From contig CAWIMH010000035.1 of the NCBI GenBank assembly GCA_963837035.1, positions 20,319-84,318 on the forward strand: a DNA stretch of 64,000 nucleotides. Direction: 5' to 3'. The first letter of the stretch is position 1, and each line of letters begins with the position of its first letter. Of the stretch, positions 41,849 to 52,520 are shown piece after piece. The stretch is from an uncultured Pseudomonadota bacterium. Its GTDB lineage: Bacteria; Desulfobacterota; Binatia; Binatales; Binataceae. The notes under the pieces are model-generated. The model was not told the origin of the DNA. It saw nothing but the letters and a program-made list of their open reading frames with translations, and ran no database searches. Position numbers and translations under genes: made by a program.

Positions 41849-44455
41849 ATGAACGTTAACCGTTTTACCGAAAAACTCCAGGAAGCGCTCGGCCGCGCCC
41901 AAAGCACCGCGGTAAGCGCCCATCACCAGGCCGTCGACATCGAGCATCTCGCGTCCGCCCTGCTTGAGGACGAACAGGGGCTGGCGGCGTCGATCTTGAA
42001 GTTGGCGGAGGTCGACGTCGCCAACGTCCGCCGCAAACTGGCCGACGAACTGCGCAAGATTCCCAGCGTGAGCGGCAGCGGCGCCGACAGCGGCCAGACC
42101 TATGTGACCCAGCGGCTAAACCGCGTACTGACCCGCGCCGAGAGCGAAGCCGGCAAGCTGACCGATGAGTTTGTTTCGGTCGAGCACGTTTTGATCGCGA
42201 TGCTGGACGAACCAGGCGCCGCCGCCAAGATCCTGCGCGAGGCCGGTCTTACACACGACAAGCTGATGGCAGTGCTGAAGAAGGTGCGTGGCAACCAGCG
42301 CGTTACCTCTTCGAACCCTGAGGCCACCTACCAGGCGCTAGAACGCTATGGACGCGATCTGACGCAGCTTGCGGCCGCGGGGAAGGTCGATCCGGTGATC
42401 GGACGCGACGAGGAGATTCGCCGCGTGATCCAGGTGCTCTCGCGACGCACCAAGAATAATCCTGTGCTGATCGGCGAGCCGGGTGTCGGCAAGACCGCCA
42501 TCGTCGAAGGGCTTGCACAGCGGATTCTCGCTGGTGACGTTCCCGAGGGCCTGAAGAACCGCCGTATCATCGCGCTCGATATGGGCGCTCTCGTCGCGGG
42601 TGCGAAATTCCGCGGCGAATTCGAGGAACGCCTGAAAGCTGTGCTGAAGGAAGTCCAGGAGGGCGAGGGCGAGATAATCCTCTTCATTGACGAATTGCAT
42701 ACGGTCGTCGGCGCGGGCGCGGCCGAGGGCGCGATGGACGCGTCGAATCTTCTGAAACCAATGCTCGCGCGCGGCGAACTTCATTGTATCGGCGCGACCA
42801 CCCTCAATGAGTACCGCAAACATATCGAAAAAGACGCGGCGCTCGAACGCCGCTTCCAGCCCGTCATGGTCGAGGAGCCCAGTGTCGAGGATACCATCTC
42901 GATCCTGCGCGGGTTGAAGGAGCGCTACGAGGTCCATCACGGCATCCGCATCAAGGACTCCGCGTTGGTGACCGCCGCTATGCTCTCGAAGCGCTACATC
43001 ACCGACCGCTTCCTGCCTGATAAAGCGATCGATCTGGTCGACGAGGCCGCGGCTAAGCTGCGCACCGAAAAAGAATCGATGCCGGTCGAGCTGGACGAGG
43101 CCAATCGCCGGGTGATGCAGCTCGAGATCGAGCGCGAGGCGCTCAAACGCGAGACCGACGCGCCGTCCAAAGAGCGGCTCGAAAAACTCGAGAAGGAGTT
43201 GGCGGAGGCTCAGGAGAAGCAGTCCTCGCTGCAGGCCCAGTGGCAGAGCGAGAAGGGTGGTCTTGAAAAGCTCGCGGGGATCAAGAGTCAGATCGAACAG
43301 ACTCGCCACGAGATCGACAAAGCCAAACGCGAGTACGACCTCAACAAGGTCGCCGAACTGCAGTACGGCAAGCTGGCCGGCCTCGAAAAAGATCTGGCGA
43401 CTGCCGAAAAACAAGCCCACCAGGGTGGCGCCCGCCTGATCAAGGAAGAGGTCGACGAGGACGACATCGCCGAGGTAGTCGCGCGATGGACCGGCGTCCC
43501 GGTATCGCGCTTGATGGAAGGCGAGGTACAGAAACTGGCCCATCTCGAGGAGCACCTCCACAAACGCGTGATCGGCCAGGACGAAGCCGTATCCGCGGTC
43601 GCCGACGCGGTGATTCGCGCGCGCGCCGGCCTCAAGGATCCCAATCGCCCGATCGGTTCGTTCATCTTCCTCGGCCCGACCGGCGTCGGTAAGACCGAGC
43701 TCGCGCGGGCTCTCGCCGAGTTCCTGTTCGACAACGAAGCCGCGATGGTCCGCCTCGATATGTCCGAATACATGGAGCGTCATACCGTATCGCGACTGGT
43801 CGGCGCCCCTCCGGGTTACGTCGGTTACGAAGAGGGTGGACAGCTCACCGAAGCCGTCCGGCGCCATCCCTATTCCGTTATCCTCTTCGACGAAATCGAG
43901 AAGGCGCATCAGGACGTGTTCAATATCCTCCTGCAACTGCTCGACGATGGCCGCCTCACCGACGGTCAAGGACGCACCGTAGACTTCAAGAACACCGTCG
44001 TGATCATGACGTCCAACATCGCCAGTCAGATCATTCTGTCCTTCAAAGGCCAGAACTATGATCGCATGAAGGAAGAGGCGCTCGAGGTTCTGCGCAAGAG
44101 CTTCCGCCCCGAATTTCTCAATCGCGTCGACGAAACTGTGGTATTCCGTCCGCTGACCCGCGAACAATTGCGCCAAATCGTCGAGATCCAGCTTGCTATC
44201 CTCCGGCGACGCCTCGAGGATCGCAAAATCGAACTCGATCTTACTGACAAGGCCCGCGACTACTTCGCCGAACGCGGCTATGACGCAGTTTACGGCGCGC
44301 GACCCTTGCGCCGGCTCATCCAGCGTGAACTCGAAACTTCGCTCAGCCGCAAGCTGCTCACTGGAGAAATCCGCGACGGCGCGCACGTCGTCGTCGACGC
44401 CGGTCCCCGCGGTTTGGAGTTCACCAGCCGCGAGCCGCAGACCGCCGCCGCCTGA
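41849..44455 (+). CDS. clpB: ATP-dependent chaperone ClpB
   Basis: 868 aa with two AAA+ modules ([16 protein letters not shown]), a coiled-coil middle domain and the Clp N-domain. Confidence 0.97.
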   Translation: MNVNRFTEKLQEALGRAQSTAVSAHHQAVDIEHLASALLEDEQGLAASILKLAEVDVANVRRKLADELRKIPSVSGSGADSGQTYVTQRLNRVLTRAESEAGKLTDEFVSVEHVLIAMLDEPGAAAKILREAGLTHDKLMAVLKKVRGNQRVTSSNPEATYQALERYGRDLTQLAAAGKVDPVIGRDEEIRRVIQVLSRRTKNNPVLIGEPGVGKTAIVEGLAQRILAGDVPEGLKNRRIIALDMGALVAGAKFRGEFEERLKAVLKEVQEGEGEIILFIDELHTVVGAGAAEGAMDASNLLKPMLARGELHCIGATTLNEYRKHIEKDAALERRFQPVMVEEPSVEDTISILRGLKERYEVHHGIRIKDSALVTAAMLSKRYITDRFLPDKAIDLVDEAAAKLRTEKESMPVELDEANRRVMQLEIEREALKRETDAPSKERLEKLEKELAEAQEKQSSLQAQWQSEKGGLEKLAGIKSQIEQTRHEIDKAKREYDLNKVAELQYGKLAGLEKDLATAEKQAHQGGARLIKEEVDEDDIAEVVARWTGVPVSRLMEGEVQKLAHLEEHLHKRVIGQDEAVSAVADAVIRARAGLKDPNRPIGSFIFLGPTGVGKTELARALAEFLFDNEAAMVRLDMSEYMERHTVSRLVGAPPGYVGYEEGGQLTEAVRRHPYSVILFDEIEKAHQDVFNILLQLLDDGRLTDGQGRTVDFKNTVVIMTSNIASQIILSFKGQNYDRMKEEALEVLRKSFRPEFLNRVDETVVFRPLTREQLRQIVEIQLAILRRRLEDRKIELDLTDKARDYFAERGYDAVYGARPLRRLIQRELETSLSRKLLTGEIRDGAHVVVDAGPRGLEFTSREPQTAAA

Positions 44456-44489
44456 TCCTTGCGATCGAAGCCTCCGGCATCACACTAGG

Positions 44490-44519
44490 GCCCGCAGCCC
44501 CGGCGCTGCGGGCTTTTTT
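44490..44519 (+). terminator. rho-independent terminator after clpB
   Basis: GCCCGCAGC-CCCGGC-GCTGCGGGC hairpin followed by TTTTTT. Confidence 0.8.
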
Positions 44520-44649
44520 CGTTCCCTCGTACCACCCTCGCAGATACCTTCGCCGACCGGCGGTTGTAGGCCGCGTTGATCCGCGTTATGACGCGACCTG
44601 GGCATGCCGCTTGCCGGGGGCATCGAACCTGGAACGGGGAGGGTCCATC

Positions 44650-45895
44650 ATGCGCAACCGTGATCGGCAGGCATGGGTAATTGTCTCCGGCCTCTTCATC
44701 GGTCTGTTTTTTCTTTGGGGCGGCGGCTACAACACCGCACCGATTTTTGTGGGCGCTCTGCTCAAGTCCTGCGGCTGGAGCCACGCGCGAGTGGCCTGGG
44801 TTCCCGGACTGCTCTCCCTCTCGGTCGGCGTGACCGGACCATTCGCCGGATGGTTGCTCGATCGGGTCGAGGCAGCGTTACGTGATGGGGATTGGCGCGG
44901 CTCTCGCTGGTGCGGGCTTCGTCTGCGCGGGCCGCTCCGATTCTTTCGAGGGATTGCTCCTTTCCGTGGTGCTTCTGGGCGTTGGTTTGGGTGCCTCGAC
45001 CTGGCTCCCATCGGCGCTGATTATCGCGAACTGGTTCGGTGAGCGGCGCGGCACCGCGCTCGGTATCGTCACCGCCGGAATGGAACTCGGCGGCATGGCG
45101 ATGACCTACCTGACCGGCTACATGATCGTGAACCACGGGTGGCGCGCCGCCTACAGCCTGCTCGCGATTCCGGCGCTTGTGCTCGTCATGCCGCTGCTCG
45201 TGCTCGTCGCCCGTACGCGGCCATCCGGCGCAACCGCGCAAAGCGTGGCTGAGTCCGCACGCGCCCTCCCGGGCTTTGAGGTTGGCGACGCCCTGCGCAC
45301 GCGCGCGTTCTGGCTGCTCGCCCTCGTGCAGGTATCGTACGGTCTCGCAGTCGGCGGCACGTTCCATCATCTCGTCGCGCATCTCGAAGGGTTAGGTTAC
45401 ATGGTCAAATCCGCGACGCTCGTGGTCAGCGTCGTCCTCGGAATGGCAGCTGTGGGCAAGGCTGCGATGGGCGTTTTGGGTGATCGTATCGGCGGCAAGA
45501 ACGCCATCGCGATCGGCTTCGTGATGATGGCCGCGGGCGCGATCATCCTGACCTACGCTGCTAGCCTCGCTATGCTCGTGCTCTGGATATTCGTCGCCGG
45601 AATTGCCGGCGCCGCGCCGGTCGCGCTGGTCCCGATGGTCCTCGCGGAAACGCTCGGTCTCAAACGCTTCGGCACACTCTTCGGCTGGCTTGGCCTGGGT
45701 GTCACGACGGGCCTCTTTACCGGACCGCTCTTGGTCGGATGGATTACCGACCTGACCGGTAGCTACACCCTGGGCTTCGAGCTCTGCTCGATAATCCTGA
45801 TACTCGGTGCGGCCTGCAGTTATGCCTGTGTCATCCCGACTGACATGACTGTCGCCGCGGTTCCGCCAACCCCGGCACGCGCCTCCCTCGGATGA
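44650..45895 (+). pseudogene. MFS transporter gene interrupted by a frameshift near 44872-44884
   Basis: N-terminal 75 aa (MRNRDRQAWVIVSGLFIGLFFLWGGG..., GGGAGGG SD) in one frame; the remaining about 337 aa (MMGIGAALAGAGF... 12 TM) in the next frame. Together they form one typical MFS protein. Confidence 0.7.
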
Positions 45896-46083
45896 CTGGC
45901 CCCCGGTTCCATCGCCCGCGAAACTTCCGGCTCTGCCACCTATTGGGAGCGATGCAGGATTTGCCAATCGAAGTAGTTTCGCTAAAATCAGACCTTGCGG
46001 AAGATAACATCCGCTTAACTAAGGAATCGGCGGCCAGGCCGCATGCGACTCCTTTCCGTTCTCGAAGGCAGGGTGATCTCATC

Positions 46084-46482
46084 ATGAGAAGATCTACGCT
46101 TCTTGCAGCTTTCTTCGTCGGCGCTGCGATGACCATCCCGGTCGCCGCCACTACGACGGCCCACGCCGCTGGCAAACCCGCCGCGGTTGTCAAGATGTCT
46201 GATAAACCGCCGATGTTCATGCCGGCGACGGTAACTGTCAAGGTCGGCGACACCATCGAATGGATCAACAACGCCAAAACGCTCCATTCCGTGGACGCCG
46301 ATCCGGATATGGTCCAGCGTAAGCAGGACGTAGTGCTGCCCAAAGGCGCCAAACCGTTCGACTCCGGCTTTATGCAGCCCGGCGCGACCTACAGCTACAC
46401 CTTTACCGTCCCCGGAACCTACAAATACACCTGCGTTCCGCACGAAAAGGACGTGATGAACGGCACCGTCATCGTAAAGTAG
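46084..46482 (+). CDS. cupredoxin (plastocyanin/amicyanin-like type-1 blue copper protein), secreted
   Basis: signal peptide MRRSTLLAAFFVGAAMTIPVAA; copper ligands H...C-x-P-H-x4-M (YTCVPHEKDVM); AGGGTGA SD. Confidence 0.8.
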   Translation: MRRSTLLAAFFVGAAMTIPVAATTTAHAAGKPAAVVKMSDKPPMFMPATVTVKVGDTIEWINNAKTLHSVDADPDMVQRKQDVVLPKGAKPFDSGFMQPGATYSYTFTVPGTYKYTCVPHEKDVMNGTVIVK

Positions 46483-46671
46483 AAGGTCGTCCGTAAACGT
46501 GTGTGCAATTTTCTCGGCGAATTACTCCGCGATTCGCCAAGGAGTCCGGCGATTTGCAAGTTCGGCCATTACGACTCCGGCTATTTGATTGTTGCGGCGC
46601 GGAGGGCTAAGGTGTCGCGGATCGGATTGGGTAACGGTGCGTGGCCGCCCCGTACCGCTTGGAAAATCAGG

Positions 46672-47361
46672 ATGCACAAAGCTATGGGGTTAACCGTCGA
46701 AACGCCGCGCACTACCGCGCGGACCTTGCGTGCCACCGCACGGATCGCGCAAGCCGCCGCAATGCTGGCTCTCGCCGCTATCGCCTTCGTTCCCGCTCCC
46801 GCTCTCGCTTTTCCCTGGAGCATCGACATGTTCCGCGGCCCCGCGGTGCAGCCTCTCGAAGTCGCTCCCCGCGCGATGCCTCCCGGCACTCTCCCCGTGG
46901 ATGGCACGAATTACAACGTGCACTACGGACAGCCCGCTGGAATGCCCAGTGAGCCGGCCATCCCACCCATGAAACTCGAGTTGATGACCGTGCGCTTACA
47001 GAACCCGCTGCAACCCACGCCCGAGGTTCTCGCCCACGGCCGCGAACTCTTCGTCACGGATTGCTCGCCCTGTCACGGATTGAAGGGCAGGGGCGACGGT
47101 ACCGTCGTCCACCTCCTGCAGCATAAACCGGCCAACCTGATGACTGGTGTCAGCAAGAACCTGCCCGACGGCTACATCTACGGCTACATCCGCAACGGTG
47201 GGATCTGGATGCCTTCCTACGATGACGCGATGTCGTCGACGGAAAGATGGGAAGTTGTCGTTTACCTCCGCTCCCTTGAAAAAATCTACGGCGAGACCGA
47301 GGCGAAGGGTCCATCCGCGGCCGCGCCCGGTGCTCCCTCCGCTGGGGCGCCTCAACCGTAA
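46672..47361 (+). CDS. c-type cytochrome (single CxxCH), secreted
   Basis: CSPCHG haem-binding motif; hydrophobic signal-like N-terminus; start uncertain (46672 or 46684). Confidence 0.7.
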   Translation: MHKAMGLTVETPRTTARTLRATARIAQAAAMLALAAIAFVPAPALAFPWSIDMFRGPAVQPLEVAPRAMPPGTLPVDGTNYNVHYGQPAGMPSEPAIPPMKLELMTVRLQNPLQPTPEVLAHGRELFVTDCSPCHGLKGRGDGTVVHLLQHKPANLMTGVSKNLPDGYIYGYIRNGGIWMPSYDDAMSSTERWEVVVYLRSLEKIYGETEAKGPSAAAPGAPSAGAPQP

Positions 47362-47481
47362 CGCATCGCCTGTCAGCTCTGCCGCCGGATCATGCGAGTC
47401 GCAGGCGAATCGACGATCCTGCCGCAACCCTCGCCGCCGCGTCCCAATCGTGGTACATCCCCGCGATAGGAGGATTTCCCG

Positions 47482-48333
47482 ATGGCGACGCTCGAGGTTT
47501 TGGCTAGCGGCTTCGGCCTGCTCGAAGGTCCACGTGTCGACGATCAGAATCGTCTCTACTTCAGCGACGTCCCCAACGGTGGCGTCTATCGACGTGGCGT
47601 CGACGGCAGCGTCGAGACTCTCATCCCCAAGCGCAAAGGCGTCGGCGGGATGGCGCTCAACGACGGCGGCGGCCTCGTTTGCTCCGGCCGCTCGCTCATT
47701 TACTGGAACGAACAGTCCCGTACCAGCCGCGACCTCTTCACCCAATGGGAAGGGCGGCCGCTCAAGGGGCTCAACGATTTGCAGCCCGATGACCACGGCT
47801 CGGTCTACGTCGGCTCACTCGAATTCGACGCGCTCTCCAATCAAAAACCGATTCCCGGCAACCTCTTCCGCGTCGATCCCGACGGCACCGTCACCAAACT
47901 TTACGAAGGTATTCAGGTCACCAACGGCATGGGATTCAGTCCCGACCGCAAACACCTCTTCCACGCCGACTCCACCACGCAGGCCGTATGGGTCTATGAC
48001 GTCCAGCCCGACCGCACCGTCAAGGACCGCCGCATCTTCGCCAAATTACCCGTAGGATGGCCCGACGGACTGGCCGTGGACGCCGAGGGCGGCGTGTTCG
48101 TAGCCGTCGTCAACGACGGCGAAGTGATGCGCTTCAAGCCCAACGGCACGCTCGATACGCGGCTCAAGGTACCCGCCAAGATGGTCACCAGCCTGACTTT
48201 CGGCGGCAAGGATATGCAGGATCTCTATATCGTTACCGCCGACAACACAGACGATAAGGCCAAAAAAGGCACCATCTTCAAGACCCGCTCGGACATCCCC
48301 GGACTCCCGGTTCCCAAGGCCCGCTTCAAATGA
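47482..48333 (+). CDS. SMP-30/gluconolactonase/LRE-like six-bladed beta-propeller hydrolase
   Basis: 283 aa; LEGPRVDDQNRLYFSDVPNGGVYR..., DGLAVDAEGGVFVA motifs typical of the SGL family. Confidence 0.75.
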   Translation: MATLEVLASGFGLLEGPRVDDQNRLYFSDVPNGGVYRRGVDGSVETLIPKRKGVGGMALNDGGGLVCSGRSLIYWNEQSRTSRDLFTQWEGRPLKGLNDLQPDDHGSVYVGSLEFDALSNQKPIPGNLFRVDPDGTVTKLYEGIQVTNGMGFSPDRKHLFHADSTTQAVWVYDVQPDRTVKDRRIFAKLPVGWPDGLAVDAEGGVFVAVVNDGEVMRFKPNGTLDTRLKVPAKMVTSLTFGGKDMQDLYIVTADNTDDKAKKGTIFKTRSDIPGLPVPKARFK

Positions 48334-48392
48334 AAGACTGATCGTTCCCGGCCCGGCTCAATCGATACCAAACCAACACACGGAGAAATCGC

Positions 48393-48860
48393 ATGCCAGT
48401 GGTAGTCGGTCAGAACGCCCCGGACTTCGCCCTGAAGTCCAACAAAATGCAGGACGTCAAACTCTCGGAACTCCGCGGCAGCAAGGTCCTCCTGCTGTTC
48501 GTGCCGCTCGCCTTCACCGGCGTCTGCACCAAGGAACTCTGCGGCGTGCGTGACGCCCTCAAGGACTACGAAGGGCTCGATTGCAAAGTCTTCGGTATTT
48601 CGACCGACAGTCCCTTCGCCCTCGATTCATGGGCCAAGGAACAGGGCTACCAGTTCCCGCTGCTCTCCGATTACAACAAGGAGACGGCCCGCGCGTACGA
48701 TACCCTCTACGACGATCTGATGGGCTTCAAGGGCGTGTGCAAGCGCTCCGCTTTCGTCATCGACCGCGAGGGCAAGGTGCGCTATGCCTCGGTCCTGGCC
48801 GACGCCCGCAACGTTCCGAATTTCGAGGAAATCAAGGCCTGCCTGCAGCAGCTTTCCTGA
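48393..48860 (+). CDS. peroxiredoxin (AhpC/TSA family, Prx5/AhpE-like)
   Basis: PLAFTGVCTKELC peroxidatic-Cys motif, 155 aa. Confidence 0.85.
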   Translation: MPVVVGQNAPDFALKSNKMQDVKLSELRGSKVLLLFVPLAFTGVCTKELCGVRDALKDYEGLDCKVFGISTDSPFALDSWAKEQGYQFPLLSDYNKETARAYDTLYDDLMGFKGVCKRSAFVIDREGKVRYASVLADARNVPNFEEIKACLQQLS

Positions 48861-49113
48861 ACTTGCCTGATACGAGCGCGGGAGACGGATCGGTAATCCG
48901 CCTCCCGCGCAATAAGATCATAGATCACCAGTTAAGTAATCTAAAATCAACACTCTTAGGGAGCGAGGCCTTCTTCGCCATCTGACCGTTTTCTTCCTAT
49001 CGGATCGATCCCTTTAACAGATCGATGCCGTGCGTGTTAGTAACTATTTTCTGTTTCGCTTGACTTTCGCCCCATAGGAGGCAAAAAGATTGAGTCGTGG
49101 GGGAGGATGAAAA

Positions 49114-49407
49114 ATGATGGGCTCATGGCTCAAGAGCGGCAAAATCATTCGCGTTAAATGCGACATTCAGCCAGGCCCGCTTGGCGAAGAACTGGTCACG
49201 ATAAACTCCGAGCCCTTAATTCTTTCTGGTTTCATAAAGAAAAATCTCGTCGAAAAAAAAGGCCCCGCAGCTTACTTACGGGGACAAGTGCTGACGCTCA
49301 CCCCTAAAGCAGTCAATATTCGGTTTCCTGCATCCTTTTTTACGGCTGCATCAGGAATCGCCTCGATCGCTCGCGAGTGGGCTGAAAAAAATATGGAACC
49401 TGCCTAG
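49114..49407 (+). CDS. hypothetical protein (97 aa) in an AT-rich islet
   Basis: ORF with GGGAGGA SD in an about 45% GC segment; no recognisable domain. Confidence 0.35.
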   Translation: MMGSWLKSGKIIRVKCDIQPGPLGEELVTINSEPLILSGFIKKNLVEKKGPAAYLRGQVLTLTPKAVNIRFPASFFTAASGIASIAREWAEKNMEPA

Positions 49408-49418
49408 AAAAGCTGTTC

Positions 49419-50018
49419 ATGGTTCTATCCCAGCCGGAAATCAGAAAAGCCGTAAAAAACCAACAGATCGTTTTCGACCCTCCATTGGAAGAAAGCCAAT
49501 GGGGCGAAGCGTCGGTAGACTTAAGACTCGGATTTCAGTTTACGATGTTGGAGGCGATACCGGGATTTAAAGTCTCCATTGCCGAAGGTCTTTCCGCACT
49601 AGCAAAATCTGGCTTCTGGAAAGACATGGTGCTTGACGAATTTAATTAACTTCAACAACGTCAGACATTCATCCTAGAACCGAAACAATTTGTTCTCGCG
49701 CTAACCCACGAATCCATTAAGATTGCTAGGAACCTGATTGGTCTAGTGGAAGGGCGCACCACTTACGCCAGAGTCGGACTCAGCATGCATCAGACAGCAC
49801 CGTGGATACAGCCCGGATGGGAAGGGCCAATCGTATTGGAGATGATGAATGATGGCCCCTTAGATATCGTACTTACCCCGCTGGTCGATCGTCCCTGCCA
49901 ATTGACGTTCTTGAAGCTTAATAAAGCTCTGCCAAAAAACTTGGCTTATGGACTTAAAGCCGTTGACTCATATCAAGGCCAGAGTCATCCCCTAAAGCCA
50001 GCAAAGAAGAAAATCTAA
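49419..50018 (+). pseudogene. dcd: dCTP deaminase (Dcd/dUTPase superfamily) homologue interrupted by an in-frame TAA at 49647-49649
   Basis: N-terminal part (VDLRLG...) and C-terminal part (ARVGLSMH...PGWEGPIVLEMMNDG) align to Dcd over its full length and are in the same reading frame; a single TAA codon inside a short insertion separates them. Confidence 0.75.
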
Positions 50019-50028
50019 AAAGCGAAAG

Positions 50029-50068
50029 GCCGAACCTTTCGATCCGGCCTTTCTGAAATCTCCCCAAA
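50029..50068. terminator. bidirectional rho-independent terminator between dcd (+) and the BNR gene (-)
   Basis: GAAAGGCCG-12 nt-CGGCCTTTC hairpin flanked by an A-run on one side and a T-rich run on the other. Confidence 0.7.
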
Positions 50069-50126
50069 GAGATAGAGCTTTCGCCCCACTCAACAGGACG
50101 ATTCCGCTGTCCACCGGCCCTAAAGG

Positions 50127-51149
50127 CTAGTTTGGCACCCATGCCAGCGCCCGGATCTCGCCGAACTCTCGCCGGTTCTTCTCCCACGACTGGCCACCGT
50201 CGACGCTCGTGTAGATATACCCGTGCAGACTGTTGGCGACCACGATATTCGGGTCTGCTGGATTTGTCGCCAACCAGTAGATCACCGAATTCGGTTCCAC
50301 CGGCAATGCGCACGCCGACCAGGTCTGGCCGCCATCTGTCGTTCGCTGAATCGCACCACGTTTGCCCGGGATAAAGTCGCCATTGCCGACGAACATCACA
50401 TTCGGGTCATCGGGCTTGAGCGCGACTCCACGGCAATACGAAATTGTGTCGCGTTCGGCGAAACGCGGAAAACCGTGCAGGTTCCAATGCTGGCCCTCGT
50501 CCGTGCTGGTCCAGATTCCATCCGGCGTCGTCGCCAGCAACCGGTTCGGTTCGCCCGGGCTCAGCGTCAAGCCATGGATATCCTGGTTTAACTCCTTGTC
50601 GCCCAGCGGCGGCAGATGGGTCCAGGTCTCACCACCGTCGCGGCTGCGATACACGCCATCGATTTCCACACCGACGTAAAGGTTTTTTGCGTCGCGCGGA
50701 TCGCACACGATCGCCGTGACTTTGGGTGCTCCGGCCAGGCACTGCTTCGCGATTGGAATCGCCAGCTTGTCCCAAGTCTTGCCGTTATCCCTCGAACGAA
50801 AGACCGCCGGTGGCTTGGTCCCCGCGAAAATCGTATGTGCGTCCGCCGGATGCCACGCGGCCGACCAGATCTGCATCCCACCCATCGGCGATTCGATCAG
50901 TTGCCACGTCGCACCGTTATCCTCGCTGCGATAGAGGCCGGCCTCCGAACCCGCGAGTAGATGGTGCGGATTGTGCGGCGACGCCGCCAACGACCGGATC
51001 TGAATTTCTCCGGGCTCCGCCTCGAACGGCAGTTTCATTTTGCTTCTGCGCCAATGGTCGCCGCCGTCGGGGCTGAACCATACGCCGGCTCCAACGGTTC
51101 CCACGCAGATCGTATATCCTTGTGCCATGGTTTTTACCTCAGAGGCCAC
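50127..51149 (-). CDS. BNR/Asp-box repeat beta-propeller protein (sialidase/Ycf48-like fold)
   Basis: multiple S-x-D-x-G-x-T-W motifs (SEDNGATW, SRDNGKTW, SRDGGETW, TTDGGQTW, SVDGGQSW), 340 aa. Confidence 0.8.
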   Translation of the reverse strand: MASEVKTMAQGYTICVGTVGAGVWFSPDGGDHWRRSKMKLPFEAEPGEIQIRSLAASPHNPHHLLAGSEAGLYRSEDNGATWQLIESPMGGMQIWSAAWHPADAHTIFAGTKPPAVFRSRDNGKTWDKLAIPIAKQCLAGAPKVTAIVCDPRDAKNLYVGVEIDGVYRSRDGGETWTHLPPLGDKELNQDIHGLTLSPGEPNRLLATTPDGIWTSTDEGQHWNLHGFPRFAERDTISYCRGVALKPDDPNVMFVGNGDFIPGKRGAIQRTTDGGQTWSACALPVEPNSVIYWLATNPADPNIVVANSLHGYIYTSVDGGQSWEKNRREFGEIRALAWVPN

Positions 51150-51245
51150 TCCCGGCCTTGGGCCGCCGCGTTAAAGTCTCCAAGCTCTCGAAGCTCCTGA
51201 TCAGCCTTATAAATCACGGCGAGCAAACCGACAAGACTAACCCGC

Positions 51246-51640
51246 TCAGTAGTGCACCACTTCGAGCTTGATTCCGTCGGGATCGGTGAAAAACACCGAA
51301 TAATAGCCAGGGCGATAATCGTATTCGCGCGGCGCGTCGAGAATCTTTCCGCCCCGCGATGTTATCTCTCTGGCCACCTCGTCGATCTGCGCGCGGCTGT
51401 CTCCGCGAAACGCAATCTCCCGCAAACCCACCCGTACTTTGTCGAACGCCTGCCGACCGCCGCCTGCGCCGGAAGGCGAGACCCAAAAGCCGCCGCCCTC
51501 TCCGACGAAACCCGTCATCGGAGGCTCATCGAAGCTCATCTTCTCCGTGTAGCCGAGTTTCGGCATCAACCACGAATAAAGCGGACTGCCGCATCATGGT
51601 CATTACAGTTGATCATGAGGTGATCGATTCCACTGCCCAT
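51246..51640 (-). CDS. VOC/glyoxalase-family protein with an apparent 1-nt deletion frameshift near 51588
   Basis: C-terminal module YSVFFTDPDGIKLEV in the ORF-track frame; the N-terminal module MGSGIDHLMINCNDHDAAVRF is in another frame, starting at ATG 51640. The two join as ...AVRF|YSWLMPKLGY if one T is added to a TTT run. Confidence 0.65.
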
Positions 51641-52097
51641 GGCGCACCTCCCCTGGTCGTTTACGACGACGACTGGAAAGCTGATTACGACCTTCCCTCC
51701 CTGGAATTGTCAAACCCGCTCCGACATCGAGCGGATGCGTAAGGCGGGGCGTATAAACCGCGGTCACGGCCTCAGTTCGGCCCTCGGAATGAGGGAGCGC
51801 GACCAGGAACATAGGAGAGCCATTCTGAGCGAAGTCCGCGGAGTGAAGATCTCGCGAACCTGTTAGTTCTTTCGTATCGAAGACTCTCTTCGGATGATGC
51901 CAGGCATGGTAAGTTGACCTAATATATGTTTCTTGATAGTTTAGTATTGCTACATATGTTGCTCCTTCCGCTCCGGCCTTGACCGTCTCCTCGCCGGGTT
52001 CCGTGATGCCGACCACTCGAGTTGCATCGCAAACGGCGTAAACTGCGGAGGAGTTGCCCGATTGATGGGATGATCTCTTCGAGAGAGGGGGCGAAGA

Positions 52098-52520
52098 ATG
52101 GACCGCGAAAACGCTTTGCGCAGACTCAGGGCGCTGCGGAATCTCAGCGAGGATCACGGCGCCTTTCCCGCCGAGGTCGAAAGTGCCAAGCGCCTGATTC
52201 ACCGGATCGAGCAGCGCTACCGCGTCGACGAGCCGCTCCCCGAACCGGAACTACCGCCCCCGTCGGACTGGGCGGCCTGGGATTGGATGCTGCGCGAATT
52301 TGGCATAGTGGGACGCCGATTCCTCAAAAGCGCCAGCGCCGATCTCGATGCGACCAGAACCATCATCATCCGGCTCGACACCGGGCACTGGCAGGTCCAG
52401 CTCAAGACCCAGTCTGGCGCTCGTGTCATCGCGGAAAATCATAATCCCGAATCGTTGCGCGCATATTTGAACAAGAACACCCCGCACAAATACACTTTTG
52501 GTCAAGCTTCAGGGAGTTGA
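52098..52520 (+). CDS. hypothetical protein (140 aa)
   Basis: ORF at native GC preceded by an AT-rich intergenic region carrying TTGACC / TTGATA promoter-like hexamers (51914-51960); no domain recognised. Confidence 0.4.
   Translation: MDRENALRRLRALRNLSEDHGAFPAEVESAKRLIHRIEQRYRVDEPLPEPELPPPSDWAAWDWMLREFGIVGRRFLKSASADLDATRTIIIRLDTGHWQVQLKTQSGARVIAENHNPESLRAYLNKNTPHKYTFGQASGS

Noticed and set aside
51603-52202. 199-aa minus-strand ORF upstream of the VOC gene
   Set aside because: No protein-like features. The real VOC N-terminal module is found in a different frame (see the frameshift finding)
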